In this document: one piece after another, positions 1-10,497 of the stretch
Numbering within the stretch: the first letter of the stretch is position 1
How the letters are laid out: each line of letters opens with the position of its first letter
Notes under the pieces: generated by a model
What the model saw: the letters and a program-made list of their open reading frames with translations, nothing else
Databases searched by the model: none
What the model was told of the DNA's origin: nothing
Program-made: the position numbers and the translations under genes
Assembly (NCBI GenBank): GCA_046538485.1
Contig: JBKHIT010000024.1
Location: 1-64,000 of the forward strand
DNA length: 64,000 bases
Direction: 5' to 3'
Source: Candidatus Brocadiia bacterium
GTDB taxonomy: Bacteria > Planctomycetota > Brocadiia > SM23-32

Positions 1-1
1 A

Positions 2-3000
2 GGTGATATCTACCTTGTCTCATTGCGGAAAGGTGTCCATGAGATGGCCTGGAGAATTTTGGGGTTTGGGGGATCTGAATCTCCCGGGAATCTACGGCGC
101 CTGACAGGGGCCGAGAGCCTGGACGCGCAGCCATGCTGGCATCCTTCCGGCAACATAATTTTTTACGCGTCCGCCAGTTCCTTTGAGGAGCCATACGAAA
201 TTTTCAGTCTCAAACCGGGTAAAAAACCCAGAAAGCTCACCCGGCGAGGCGGACAGATGCCGGCCTGTTCTCCCGATGGGAGTTATCTGGTGTTTGTCTC
301 GCGTCGCAATGGCAAATGGCCCGCGCTGTATGTCATGCGCCTGAAGGACAGAAACGTGGTTCGGCTTACGGGGGCTTCGGGAATTGATCTTGCCCCGGTA
401 TGGGGACCCGAAGGGAAGAAGATTTTTTTCGTCCGACATCTATTCGATACCAATAAAGACGGGCGACTGGATACCGAGGATCACGGTTCTATCTTCAGCG
501 TATCTTTCAGAAAAGATATTTTTTCAAATAACCGTCGGGCTCCGGTTCGACAGTTGACTTCATGGCAATGGCATGACAGGGCGCCACGGGTTGTAGAGGG
601 CGGTATTATGTTTGCGCGCAGAAAGATGAGGGCCGCTGGAGGCAAATATAGGGCGAACCTGTGGGCTTTACCGGCATGCGGCGAGATCCCCCGAATGCAA
701 ACGGTTGATGCACATTTCGCCTTTGCCCGGAAAGTGTCGGCCGAGGGCAGAGTTCCGAACTGGCGAGAGGCCCTGGCATGGCAAAACGCCCTGTGGGCCG
801 CGCGTGAAAGCCGGCAAAACGGGGATTTTATTCAAGATACTGGACTACCATCTGAAGCTGCTGAAGCCGCTCTGCAGTATGCTGAAGCCCTGGCGGAGCG
901 TAACCACATGGAACGAGCGATTGCGATACTTGAGGAAGTCCCGGAAGAGTTTCCGGAGAGCCCGTTCTACCTGAAAATGGCCAGAATTAAAAAACTGTCT
1001 TTGCAGCGGCAAATCTTTGCCGGAACACCAAATCGCGAAGAAATGGTTCGTCTCCACCGAGAAGCGTTGAAGATATTGAAAGAGCTTCGGGCGGACGGTG
1101 AAAGCGACAATGTGGAATCCCTGACATGCAGGGCGCAGCTTGAACTGGGGCTCGTCCTCCAGGCCATGAAAAAGCATGCCGACGCCCTGAGAGAATTGAG
1201 AGCTGTGCCTCGCCGGTTTCCCCAGCAGAAAGAATTATGTGCCCGTTCTTTGCTTGCCATTGCCGAGATCTTTGAGAATCTCGGCCGCGGAGAAGGAGCC
1301 AGAACGGAATACCTCCGAATTCTGCGGATGTATTCGGAAACCGAACCATACGCTAACCGTGCGGCTTCGCGGCTTGTCGACCGATTGGCGAAAGAACCGA
1401 TGGGCAAAACGGTTCAGCAGAAAGTCAATGAACTGCGGGAAATTTTGGAACAATATGCTCATGAACCTGTTCTCCCCGCACTGGCGCAGAACCGGATCGG
1501 CGATTTGTACTACGATATAAAGGATTATCACAGGGCCAGGCAAGCCTACCGACAGACCATCGAACAATACCCAGCTGCAGGTCGCCAAACAGCCGCAGCA
1601 TACCTTTCCCTCGCGACAACTCAGCTCGACCAGCGTGATTACAGGTCAGCTCTGAATACTTATAAACAACTTCAGCAAAAGCTGGGCGTTCAATTCGGGA
1701 AGGACATCTACCAGCGGGCGCGAAAAGGATATGTCCGGACAATCTTGATGAAAGCTCGTGAAGAATTGAATGCGAAAGATCCGAAACTTGCCCTGAGTAC
1801 ATACTCGCGCCTTGTGGAATTTGATTCGTCAATTCCAGCCGCACACCGGGGAATTGTCGACTGCGAAGCACGGCTGGGACAGACAGACCAGTCGATTATT
1901 CGTTACCGAAAGCGTGTTGAGAAAAATCCGCGGGATCACGTGGCGCACTTCGCTCTGGCCCGAGCTTATAGTTATTATGGACCCCAGGGATGGGGCGGCA
2001 GTGGTGCGGTTCGGCGCAAAAGAGTTGCGGTAGATCGCAAGGCCCTCCGGCTGCTCAAACAGGCCATTTTGATGGATTTTGAAGAACCCTACTATCATCA
2101 ACTTCGGGGATTTTTATTCAATCGGCTTGCATTGATTACGGGCAATAGCAAGGACGAGATCAAGGCGCTTGATTCGTACCTGACGGCTCTCGCGATGAGT
2201 TCACCACAAGAGGATCCTGATAATTATGCCAGTTTGCTTTTCAACGTGGGTGACGGCTACATGCTTGTGGGACAACCGGAGAATGCGTACGAGTTTTACA
2301 AGCGTGCTCTGGACGCCGGCTTTGAGTTTCGTGGAGAAAAGGGGCTGGCGGCACTGGAAAAAATCAGCCGCAGTGCGACCGATTCGGCCGATTTCGACCT
2401 GGCCGTCCGCCTTTTGAAAGAAGCTCTGCAAAGGACAAAGATATCGTCAGGCGCTGAGCAAGAAGAAATCACACAGGTTATGGTTCGCAAGGTGCGAATT
2501 CTTGACCAGCTTGGATTCGTAGAATATCTGGATGGTGATTATGCCAGCGCCGCTGATTATTACAAACTTTCAATTTCGATTCTTCGTAAATTGATGACCC
2601 TCGATCCAAAACGCAAGGCTGCGTATTACCGAAACCTGGTCCTGGCGGAACGCAATACCGCTGTCAACATTTTCCGAGCCGTTCAATCAGGAAACGTTGC
2701 AACTGCCGAATTGAAATCGGCTTACAATTTGCTGAAAGAGGCTGTGGATTCGGTCGCCAGAGTTGGAGTGGCGAGGGGAGAAGAGGAGAAAGCCCCGGGG
2801 CTTTTTACAATTGATATTGAGATCGAAGTGGGGGAAAGCCGGGGCGCGAGCCGTTTTGATCTTGCCACAGAAAAGCGTCTGCTTTTTACCTATATGGGCC
2901 GAATAGCGTCTCATGCAGGAAAATACAACGAGGCTGAACGGTATTTCTCCCGCAAGCTCCACCTTTATCCTTCCGTTGATCCTGAAGAACGGCCGGATGT

Positions 3001-3376
3001 GTTTGTGGAACGTGCAATTGTTTGGACCCAGATCGGAGAACTGAGAATCAGCGCACGAAAATGGGCCGAGGCTGCAGAGGCCTATAAAAAAGCGGCTGAA
3101 ATGGAGGCAAAAGCTGGCAACCTCAGGGGGGAAATGGATGCCTGTTTCTCGCTCGGACAGCTTTACCTGCAGGCAGCGTCTGGAAAATACGACAAACCAG
3201 CCGATTTAAAACTCCGCAATCTGATTGATTACCATCGGGAATTGCTGGCGAAAGCACGAAAAGATGAAGATGAGGACCTGATAGAACAAATGGTCCGACT
3301 GAATACCACCCTTGCCAGGTTGTCGCAAAAAATTCCCGATACAGAATCAGGGGGAGACCGCCATGAAAGCAAATGA
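2..3376 (+). CDS. TolB-like PD40 beta-propeller plus multi-TPR protein (5'-truncated)
   Basis: The frame is open from position 2 (GDIYLVSL...), so the real start lies upstream of the window. PD40-type repeats (PCWHPSG, PACSPDG, PVWGPEG), an EF-hand-like DTNKDGRLDTED, then many TPR-like helices (e.g. AQNRIGDLYYDIKDYHRARQAY). Confidence 0.8.
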   Translation, partial: GDIYLVSLRKGVHEMAWRILGFGGSESPGNLRRLTGAESLDAQPCWHPSGNIIFYASASSFEEPYEIFSLKPGKKPRKLTRRGGQMPACSPDGSYLVFVSRRNGKWPALYVMRLKDRNVVRLTGASGIDLAPVWGPEGKKIFFVRHLFDTNKDGRLDTEDHGSIFSVSFRKDIFSNNRRAPVRQLTSWQWHDRAPRVVEGGIMFARRKMRAAGGKYRANLWALPACGEIPRMQTVDAHFAFARKVSAEGRVPNWREALAWQNALWAARESRQNGDFIQDTGLPSEAAEAALQYAEALAERNHMERAIAILEEVPEEFPESPFYLKMARIKKLSLQRQIFAGTPNREEMVRLHREALKILKELRADGESDNVESLTCRAQLELGLVLQAMKKHADALRELRAVPRRFPQQKELCARSLLAIAEIFENLGRGEGARTEYLRILRMYSETEPYANRAASRLVDRLAKEPMGKTVQQKVNELREILEQYAHEPVLPALAQNRIGDLYYDIKDYHRARQAYRQTIEQYPAAGRQTAAAYLSLATTQLDQRDYRSALNTYKQLQQKLGVQFGKDIYQRARKGYVRTILMKAREELNAKDPKLALSTYSRLVEFDSSIPAAHRGIVDCEARLGQTDQSIIRYRKRVEKNPRDHVAHFALARAYSYYGPQGWGGSGAVRRKRVAVDRKALRLLKQAILMDFEEPYYHQLRGFLFNRLALITGNSKDEIKALDSYLTALAMSSPQEDPDNYASLLFNVGDGYMLVGQPENAYEFYKRALDAGFEFRGEKGLAALEKISRSATDSADFDLAVRLLKEALQRTKISSGAEQEEITQVMVRKVRILDQLGFVEYLDGDYASAADYYKLSISILRKLMTLDPKRKAAYYRNLVLAERNTAVNIFRAVQSGNVATAELKSAYNLLKEAVDSVARVGVARGEEEKAPGLFTIDIEIEVGESRGASRFDLATEKRLLFTYMGRIASHAGKYNEAERYFSRKLHLYPSVDPEERPDVFVERAIVWTQIGELRISARKWAEAAEAYKKAAEMEAKAGNLRGEMDACFSLGQLYLQAASGKYDKPADLKLRNLIDYHRELLAKARKDEDEDLIEQMVRLNTTLARLSQKIPDTESGGDRHESK

Positions 3377-6300
3377 GAATGCAGCGCTTCACATAACAGC
3401 GCGGGCTTCCCAACGGTCTCAGAAAAAAATTGTGTTCATTGCGACCACGCTTGTTTTGTGGCTGGGATTCTGCTCCGGATGTGGAAAGCTGGTGGGCCTT
3501 CGAGGAGTGATCCTGGACGAACCGACTCGGCTTGAACGGGAGATATTGGGGGAGCGGAAACTCGTTGGAGAAGGAAGACCCCTCCTGGATCTGAATGAGT
3601 TACGGGATGGTTTACGTGTATCTGTGCTTCATGAACTTGAGGCAGAATATGCTGCCCAACAAAAAAAACTGCAAGAGTCGGGGACGCTAAAATGGCAGAT
3701 TCGGATGTGGCAGTGTGTGATTTTTCATAACAGGGGGGTTCTGACAGCAATACGGGGCGACAGGGAAAAGGCGGAGGGCCTGATCAAGAAAGCGTTGAAA
3801 TATTGTGAAACGTACGCTTTCGATACGCTTAAATGGCAGGTGCTTTTCACACTGGGTACTCTTGCGGGGGGAGAGAGAGGTTACGCGCGTTTTTTGGAAG
3901 CAGAAAATGCGCTTTTCGAAAGCGTAATTGCCACCCGGACGGATTATCAGGTGGAGAATGGAGAGGCCTGCCAGCAGCTTTACCGGAGACTGATATCGTC
4001 TTCGTTGACTAAAAACGAAGGCGAAAATGCTTTCCGCTTTTTGCTTCGGCAGCACGCGATCGAACTCGCACGAGCATCAGCTCCCGGAAGTTTTCAGTTC
4101 ACAGAAAAACCGGCGGTAGAATATACCAGACAGCTGGGGGCTGCTCGGCAACGGTTCGCCAAAGCGCGGTCAAGACTTTGTCGGTATGCGCCGGATGCCC
4201 TTCTTGCCGCAAAAGACGAGTTGTCCGATGAAGTTAAAGAGGCTCATGATGGCCTGAAACGGGCGCGAAATGCGGTTTCTGATCTGAGAGACAATATGAG
4301 GAAACGACCCGCGCCGGGAAGCCGACGGAGCCGCTGGAATGCCCTTGCGAGTTCCAGTTTGATTATCCCTGTCCCCGCCAGAGCGCCCGCGCTGCAACAA
4401 ATATTATGGTTCGATTCGGCGCTGCTGTGTGTCGAAAGTATCGGAAACCGCGGTCTGGCTGTTTTCGTGCTCACCCGGGAGAAATTCCACTCTTTGCAGG
4501 TCCAGCTGGACGAGAAACTCAGGAATGCTATTGAGAATCAACGCTATGTAAAGGAAACCATCGAGTTGTTTTCCGAGAAAGTGCTGGGACAGGTAAAAAA
4601 AATGCTGGATGATCCGATCCGACGTACTTATTTGTGTGTCGGAGAAGATTTGCAGTCGTTGCCCTGGAGGCGAATGCAGTTGTTCGAGCAAAAACTGGGA
4701 GAACGCATGCAGTTATGCCACCTGGGCGGACCGGCGGATCTGGAGATCGCGTTTCACAGGAAAAGTTACGGACGTGAGCATTATTTGATCTACGGCGACC
4801 ACAAACAGCTGGCAAGCCTCGGCATAGCGGCATTGGATGAGCCGGCGAAAGTTTTGTCTTTTGAAGGAGAAACAGTCGAACGAGCTGAGCTGATTGAAGA
4901 GGTTGCTTTCTCCGACTTTCTCTGGTTCGGGGATCGACTGGCCTTTGATGCGCTACGACCCTGGGAGAGTTACCTGAATCTTTCAAATAGTTTCGGAAGA
5001 ATCGACGGAATGGGGCCAGTAACATTCGCAGGACTTGGGACGCGGGCCGGATGCGCTTGTTTTGCAAAAGTAGATGATTGGAGGCAGGACAGAAGTGAGA
5101 GACTTTCCCTCAGGGTGCTGACGAGGGCGGTTATGGCGGGAGGTGTGCCCACCCTGGTCTTAGTTCGGGATGGAGTTGCGACAGATGTGAGCCGGGATTT
5201 CTGGGAAAGATTTTTACCTCTTCTGCAGACAAAGCCAGTGGGGAAAGCTTTCCAGATAGCGGTTAGTCACGTCCCGGATGAGGAGAAAAAAGCTTTTCAG
5301 CTGCGCGGTTTTTCGGGAATGGGATCGGCGGAATTTGCGCAGTACAGCAAACTTGAATTCAATGATACGGTTCGACGCTACAAAGACTCTCTGGATGAGG
5401 GTGAACTTCAGGGAGCCGCCAAAGAACTCCTTGAACTTGTGCGAATGGCCGAGGCACTGAATTTCGGGTCGCGCAGCCGCAAATTGAAAACGCTTGCCAA
5501 TCTGCAGCAGAGGCTCGTTTTTGTGTGGCGGCAAATGAGGCTTTATGAACGAGCGGCTCAGAGCCAGGAAAAGAGAATCCAATACGTGCAGCAGATTGAA
5601 GCCTTTCCCGGAAGAGCCCTGGCGATAGATTATAAAACGTTGGGTACCCTGTATACGGAAGCGAATCTCTACGAAAAAAGTCTGAAAGCGTACGAAAAAT
5701 CCCTGGAGCTGCTGAAAAAACATGGGAAACAGGAAGATATTGCCCGGACTCTCGGTGAACTGGGCAAAAGTTTTGGGTACGCGGCTCGTTATGAAAAAAG
5801 CATGCAGACCTTCCAAAAAGCGATTGCAAATTATGAACAGATGGGAGACACGGCGGGTGTTGCGGCACAAGAAAGCCAGTTAGGTTCGCTTTTGCTTCGG
5901 CATATGAACCGTCCGCATGAGGCACAGACCCATTTTGAGAGGGCGAGGCAAGCATATGAAGCCGTCGGAGAAATTGCCCGGCAGGCGGAAAGCATAATGG
6001 ATATTGCGCTGTGCCGCCGACGGCTGGGGGATTTTGAGGGCGCCGCTGAACGATTCAAAAAGGCGCTATCGATGGTGCGAGAAGAAAAGTCGAAGAGACA
6101 GAAGGAATCAGACACAAAGACCTCACCTGATAGGACCCGGATTTTAGGGCGGCAGGAAAGCCGGGCGCTTTCGGAGCTGGGAAACACCTCCTGGCTAAAC
6201 GGGAAGTATCAGAAAGCCTTCCAGCAGTGTTATGCCGCACGAGAAATTGCGCAAGAGCTGAATGACGCCTATCGGTTGAATGTTATTGCCCAGTTGCTGG

Positions 6301-8318
6301 GGCTAATCCATTGGGAACTGAACAATTACAAACAGGCCCATGAAGCCATAACAGAGGCGATCAAATATGCAAAACGGGCGGGAAGACCCCGCGAGGTGGT
6401 AACGGCTTACAACAATCGCGGGATTATTTTCCGGCGTCAGGGAGAATACGAGGAAGCGCTTGAGGCTTTTGAAAAAGCTTTCAAAGTCGACCGGCGTCTG
6501 CGGGATAAGTGGGGCTTGGGATACGATCACCGGAACATCGGAATCACTCTGCATCGACTTGGGCGATTGGAGGAAGCCGCTGGTCATCTCGAGAAAGCGG
6601 TGAGGTTGACGGCCGAAATCGGAGATGCCATCAATCATGCGAAAGCAGTGTATTACCTTGGAGATTTACAGCGGGAACAGGGCAAAAAATCGGCGACGAA
6701 ATACCTGGGAATGGCTCTGGAGGAGGCGCGAGGCGTTTATTTGCCACAGATAGAATGGCGCGCACTCAGGTCGCTCGGGTCGCTGCGGCTTGAGGCCGGC
6801 GAACAGGAGAAAGCCGTCAAATTCCTGAAAGAGGCCGTAGATGTTGTGGAAAAAATGAGGACGGGACTGAAAGTGCAAGAATTTCGCAGTGGATTCTTGC
6901 AAAATAAAATGGACCTTTACGAGGAAACAGTGAAAATACTGCTGGATATGGGACGCGAACAGGAAGCGTTCGCGTATTCTGAGAGATCGCGTTCCCGACA
7001 TTTTGTGGACATCCTTGCCGGTAAATCTCTGGAACTTCGCACAGCACAGGAAAAGAGACTTTATGATCGTCAGCAGGAACTGGGCAAGGAAATCCAGGTG
7101 TTAGCACGAGCCGCACGACAGGCCACCACGGATTCCGAGCGCGAGGAGGCAGCGGGTCTGCTGGAAAAAAGGAGAAGCGAATTTAAAGAGAATCTCGTCA
7201 ATATTCGGTCCCTTAACCCGCAATTGGCGAGTTTCGTTTCCGTTGAGGTCGCAGAAATCGAAGCACTGCAGGAAGTTATGTCAGAAGAAGTTCTTCTTCT
7301 CGTATACTATCTTCTGGACGATGAAGTCGTTGCCTGGGTAATCGGCAGGGATCGTTTCAATACCAGGCGCATTCCGGTCAAACGGGTTGATCTTGAAAAA
7401 CAGATCCGGAGTTATCGGGTGTCGGTGCAGGAACGGGAACTGCTGGCGCGTGTGAAGGACCAGTCTCAGCGACTTTACAAGAAGCTCATTTCGCCGGTGG
7501 AAGAGGAAATTGTTGGCCCAAACGTTCTGTGCGTGGTGCCACACGGTGCGCTTCATTATGTTTCTTTTGCTTCCCTTTACAATGGGAAAGAATTTTTGGT
7601 AGAACGGTGCCCCGTTTCCTACCTGCCCAGCGCGAGTATATTCCCACATTCGATTCCCGCTGAAGTCCCGCACCGTGTCGGTCCCGATATGCTGAGAGTC
7701 CTTGCGGTAGGCGATCCTGAAGTTGGCAAGCCGGCCTATCGACTCCCTTTTACGCGGCAGGAGATCAAAAGCCTGAAGCGAAACTTCGTCGAGGTGACGT
7801 CTCTACGAGGCGAGAAGGCTACTGAGAGCTGGGTAACCGAGAACATATCCGATTTTGATGTCATACACTTTGGCGTCCACGGTTATTTCAACCCGTTGAA
7901 CCCGCTGTTCAGTGCTCTGATGCTGGCACCTGATGCGGAACGCAAGCAAGACGGTGAACTTGAGCTGCATGAGGTGAGCGGGTTGACAATTGAAGCCCAG
8001 CTGGTGGCTTTGAGTGCGTGTCAATCGGCTGTAGGCGAGTTGAAATCAGCTGATGAGCTTGTGAGCTTGAGTCGGGCTTTTTTCTACGCGGGCACCAATT
8101 CTATTTTGAGCACTTTGTGGCGTGTGGACGATGTGTCGACGTCCCTTCTGGCGAAACATTTTTACCGCTATTATGCGGGGCATGCTCTGGAAAAGAGCGC
8201 AGAAGGGGGAACAAAAGCGGAGGCCTTGCGTTACGCACAGCTGCAGGTAATGAACGATGGGCGGCACTATCACCCCATGTACTGGGCCGGTATGACTTTG
8301 TCAGGGGATTACCGGTAG
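3363..8318 (+). CDS. TPR-CHAT (caspase-like) domain protein, putative lipoprotein, with an extra degenerate CHAT copy
   Basis: ATG 3363 follows GGGGAG and overlaps the upstream gene end. Hydrophobic stretch ending ...GFCSG-C (lipobox-like); long TPR arrays; C-terminal CHAT with HFGVHG (7866-7883), LSAC (8010-8021) and HPMYWAG. Confidence 0.88.
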   Translation: MKANENAALHITARASQRSQKKIVFIATTLVLWLGFCSGCGKLVGLRGVILDEPTRLEREILGERKLVGEGRPLLDLNELRDGLRVSVLHELEAEYAAQQKKLQESGTLKWQIRMWQCVIFHNRGVLTAIRGDREKAEGLIKKALKYCETYAFDTLKWQVLFTLGTLAGGERGYARFLEAENALFESVIATRTDYQVENGEACQQLYRRLISSSLTKNEGENAFRFLLRQHAIELARASAPGSFQFTEKPAVEYTRQLGAARQRFAKARSRLCRYAPDALLAAKDELSDEVKEAHDGLKRARNAVSDLRDNMRKRPAPGSRRSRWNALASSSLIIPVPARAPALQQILWFDSALLCVESIGNRGLAVFVLTREKFHSLQVQLDEKLRNAIENQRYVKETIELFSEKVLGQVKKMLDDPIRRTYLCVGEDLQSLPWRRMQLFEQKLGERMQLCHLGGPADLEIAFHRKSYGREHYLIYGDHKQLASLGIAALDEPAKVLSFEGETVERAELIEEVAFSDFLWFGDRLAFDALRPWESYLNLSNSFGRIDGMGPVTFAGLGTRAGCACFAKVDDWRQDRSERLSLRVLTRAVMAGGVPTLVLVRDGVATDVSRDFWERFLPLLQTKPVGKAFQIAVSHVPDEEKKAFQLRGFSGMGSAEFAQYSKLEFNDTVRRYKDSLDEGELQGAAKELLELVRMAEALNFGSRSRKLKTLANLQQRLVFVWRQMRLYERAAQSQEKRIQYVQQIEAFPGRALAIDYKTLGTLYTEANLYEKSLKAYEKSLELLKKHGKQEDIARTLGELGKSFGYAARYEKSMQTFQKAIANYEQMGDTAGVAAQESQLGSLLLRHMNRPHEAQTHFERARQAYEAVGEIARQAESIMDIALCRRRLGDFEGAAERFKKALSMVREEKSKRQKESDTKTSPDRTRILGRQESRALSELGNTSWLNGKYQKAFQQCYAAREIAQELNDAYRLNVIAQLLGLIHWELNNYKQAHEAITEAIKYAKRAGRPREVVTAYNNRGIIFRRQGEYEEALEAFEKAFKVDRRLRDKWGLGYDHRNIGITLHRLGRLEEAAGHLEKAVRLTAEIGDAINHAKAVYYLGDLQREQGKKSATKYLGMALEEARGVYLPQIEWRALRSLGSLRLEAGEQEKAVKFLKEAVDVVEKMRTGLKVQEFRSGFLQNKMDLYEETVKILLDMGREQEAFAYSERSRSRHFVDILAGKSLELRTAQEKRLYDRQQELGKEIQVLARAARQATTDSEREEAAGLLEKRRSEFKENLVNIRSLNPQLASFVSVEVAEIEALQEVMSEEVLLLVYYLLDDEVVAWVIGRDRFNTRRIPVKRVDLEKQIRSYRVSVQERELLARVKDQSQRLYKKLISPVEEEIVGPNVLCVVPHGALHYVSFASLYNGKEFLVERCPVSYLPSASIFPHSIPAEVPHRVGPDMLRVLAVGDPEVGKPAYRLPFTRQEIKSLKRNFVEVTSLRGEKATESWVTENISDFDVIHFGVHGYFNPLNPLFSALMLAPDAERKQDGELELHEVSGLTIEAQLVALSACQSAVGELKSADELVSLSRAFFYAGTNSILSTLWRVDDVSTSLLAKHFYRYYAGHALEKSAEGGTKAEALRYAQLQVMNDGRHYHPMYWAGMTLSGDYR

Positions 8319-8323
8319 GTATT

Positions 8324-8353
8324 TTGACACATCCCGGCGGATTGTGTTATCCT
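8324..8353 (+). promoter_or_regulatory. Putative sigma70 promoter upstream of the receiver-domain gene
   Basis: TTGACA (8324-8329), N18, TATCCT with an extended -10 TG. Confidence 0.45.
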
Positions 8354-8426
8354 CTTTCTATTGGATGTTTTATGTGTAAAAGTGTGACTCGGAATTCCGT
8401 ATTTGGATTCACTGAAAGGGCAATGT

Positions 8427-8828
8427 ATGCGCCTTTCCCAGCGTCAAGCGGGAGGACGTCGTTTACTCCTCGTCGAAGAGGATCCGCATGTTATCGATGA
8501 TTTGCGGCAGCTTTTTGCGAGCCGAATGTTTGAGTGTGAGGTTGCTCTCAACGTTGAGACCGCCCGAGACATTCTTGAGGAACGCCGAATGGACGCAGCC
8601 GTCGTTGATACGGAAACGGTCTCCGGAGACGACGATAAGATGCGCTCTTTGCTGGAAGAGATGAAAAAGATTGACGAAGAGATGCGCATCGTGGTTTTCA
8701 ACGGTTCGAATGATAAACAGACACAACGAGAAATGCGGCGAAAGGGCGCTGAGGGATACTTGAGTGTTAAGAGCGATTTGAACGCTGTGGCCAGGTCAGT
8801 TCGTCGTGTTCTGGATATGAAATCCTGA
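8427..8828 (+). CDS. Single-domain response regulator receiver protein (atypical)
   Basis: LLLVEED acidic pocket, AAVVD phosphoacceptor, GAEGYL; no output domain. Confidence 0.8.
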   Translation: MRLSQRQAGGRRLLLVEEDPHVIDDLRQLFASRMFECEVALNVETARDILEERRMDAAVVDTETVSGDDDKMRSLLEEMKKIDEEMRIVVFNGSNDKQTQREMRRKGAEGYLSVKSDLNAVARSVRRVLDMKS

Positions 8829-9480
8829 ACCTTCCAATTGCGCGTCAAAATGTTTACCACGGGGCGGGGGTGGCCAGCTAAAAACGCATTTCTATTCCAC
8901 CACATTTAGAGCCATTTGCGTTAATCAGAAATACTGGCACAGCCGCGACTTAGCATAGCCAGGAAAAAGTTTTGACCCCAGAATCCGGCTCTGACGACCC
9001 GGTCCACAGGCTGGAGAGCCTGTGCTACATGCGTTTTTTAGGAATCCAGGCTTTGCCGCTTATCCTGTGCTCTGTGTGTTTCCCGACCCCTACGAGCACG
9101 TTCCCCGAGCTATTGCAAGCCGCAAGATCAATGTCAGGTTCGTGGTGAATCCCTTCAGGGGCTCGGTCGTTTGTCTGTTTCTTTTGCTTCACCCTGTTTT
9201 CGGGAAGGGAATGGGGGCATGAAACCTGCGGGACTCTGTGCCTGCCCATCAGCGGACAGATCTCCCGGCAAAACAGCAGAACGACCAACGGGAGGTCCGC
9301 CTCGGCGATGCGGACCGACAGCTACCTGGCATTTTCCGGCATTTGTCCGCCTCACGTCCCCCTTCGCCCGCCTGAGCGGACTCAGCTGAACTCGAGGCTG
9401 CAGGATACGCGGTCGACAAGCGGGGTTGCAGGTTTACAGAATGATTGACACCAGACATGATTTATATATTACAAGAACCT

Positions 9481-10278
9481 TCAAAGAGTTTTCCGAAGGA
9501 AACCTGAGGAATTTGCGCCCGGCTCTGTTCGGAGCGGACCCCCTATTTTAAAGAGCGCTACTTCAGGCGGACAGCGGAAACGCAGTCTGAGAGGGCCTGT
9601 ACTCCCGAATCCTCGATTGACGTAGAGCCAGCAGTGAGGAAGTTTATAAAGGCCTTTCGAGAACCCACCGTGTCCTGTGGGCAGCAGTAGACGCCAGAGC
9701 CAGGGAATACGGATCTGGCCGCCGTGAGTATGGCCAGTCAAAATCAAATCCACATTGTGACCGGGGGGGAGAAGTCGCGCGGCGAGAGGGGCATGTGAAA
9801 GCAGGATTCTGAAATCAACGTTTCGGGAACTGCGAAGTGTTTCCTCAATATCAGGGGCGCCCCGAGTGAGATCATCAAGCCCCGCGATAGCTATGTTCCC
9901 GGCTTTTGTTTTGAGAACTTTTTGTTCGTTCTTGAGGAGATAGCATCCTGCATCGGCGAAGACGGCTCGGAGTTTTTGGAGAGTGGGGGCCAACCTGATT
10001 TCCCAATTACCCCGGACGGCATAGAGCCCGTATCGCGGCTCCAGTTTCCTGCATAATGTCCGAACGGCTTCGAGTGATCTGCTGGCCGCGGTAATGAGGT
10101 CGCCCGTAAGCAGTACGAGATCCGGGTTCAGGCCATTGACTGTGCGTACAAGTCGTTCGTGTTCCGGACGCCAGGAGCGAAAATGTGTGTCAGAAATTTG
10201 GGCAATGTTTAAAGGGTTAGATCCAGGACGAAGGGAATGGCGAGGAAGGCGAAATGTTTCGACTTTGAACCGACTCAC
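9481..10278 (-). CDS. Metallophosphoesterase (calcineurin-like, YkuE-type)
   Basis: SDTH, TGDL, GNWE, SHAP, GHTHGGQ and VNRGFG motifs. Confidence 0.9.
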   Translation of the reverse strand: MSRFKVETFRLPRHSLRPGSNPLNIAQISDTHFRSWRPEHERLVRTVNGLNPDLVLLTGDLITAASRSLEAVRTLCRKLEPRYGLYAVRGNWEIRLAPTLQKLRAVFADAGCYLLKNEQKVLKTKAGNIAIAGLDDLTRGAPDIEETLRSSRNVDFRILLSHAPLAARLLPPGHNVDLILTGHTHGGQIRIPWLWRLLLPTGHGGFSKGLYKLPHCWLYVNRGFGSTGPLRLRFRCPPEVALFKIGGPLRTEPGANSSGFLRKTL

Positions 10279-10497
10279 GGGTTCTCCCCGGTGGAGAATG
10301 GTTAAGGCCGGGCTTTGCGTTTATCTGAACACGCTTATTATATGCAGATCGAAGCCTTATAGACAGAAAAAGCCAAATTTTATTTGCGTGGCTGCCCCTC
10401 AAATAGGTATCATAAAATTGAGTAGTAGATCTTGGATACGTTCCGTAACTCCTGAGCTCTTGAACTTTTATTGCTTATTGGGAGGTGGGGCTAACGG

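Noticed and set aside
8829..9480. tmRNA, RNase P RNA or a named riboswitch
   Set aside because: Diagnostic motifs such as GAGGAAAGTCC or tRNA-like ends were not found on either strand; kept only as an unassigned candidate.
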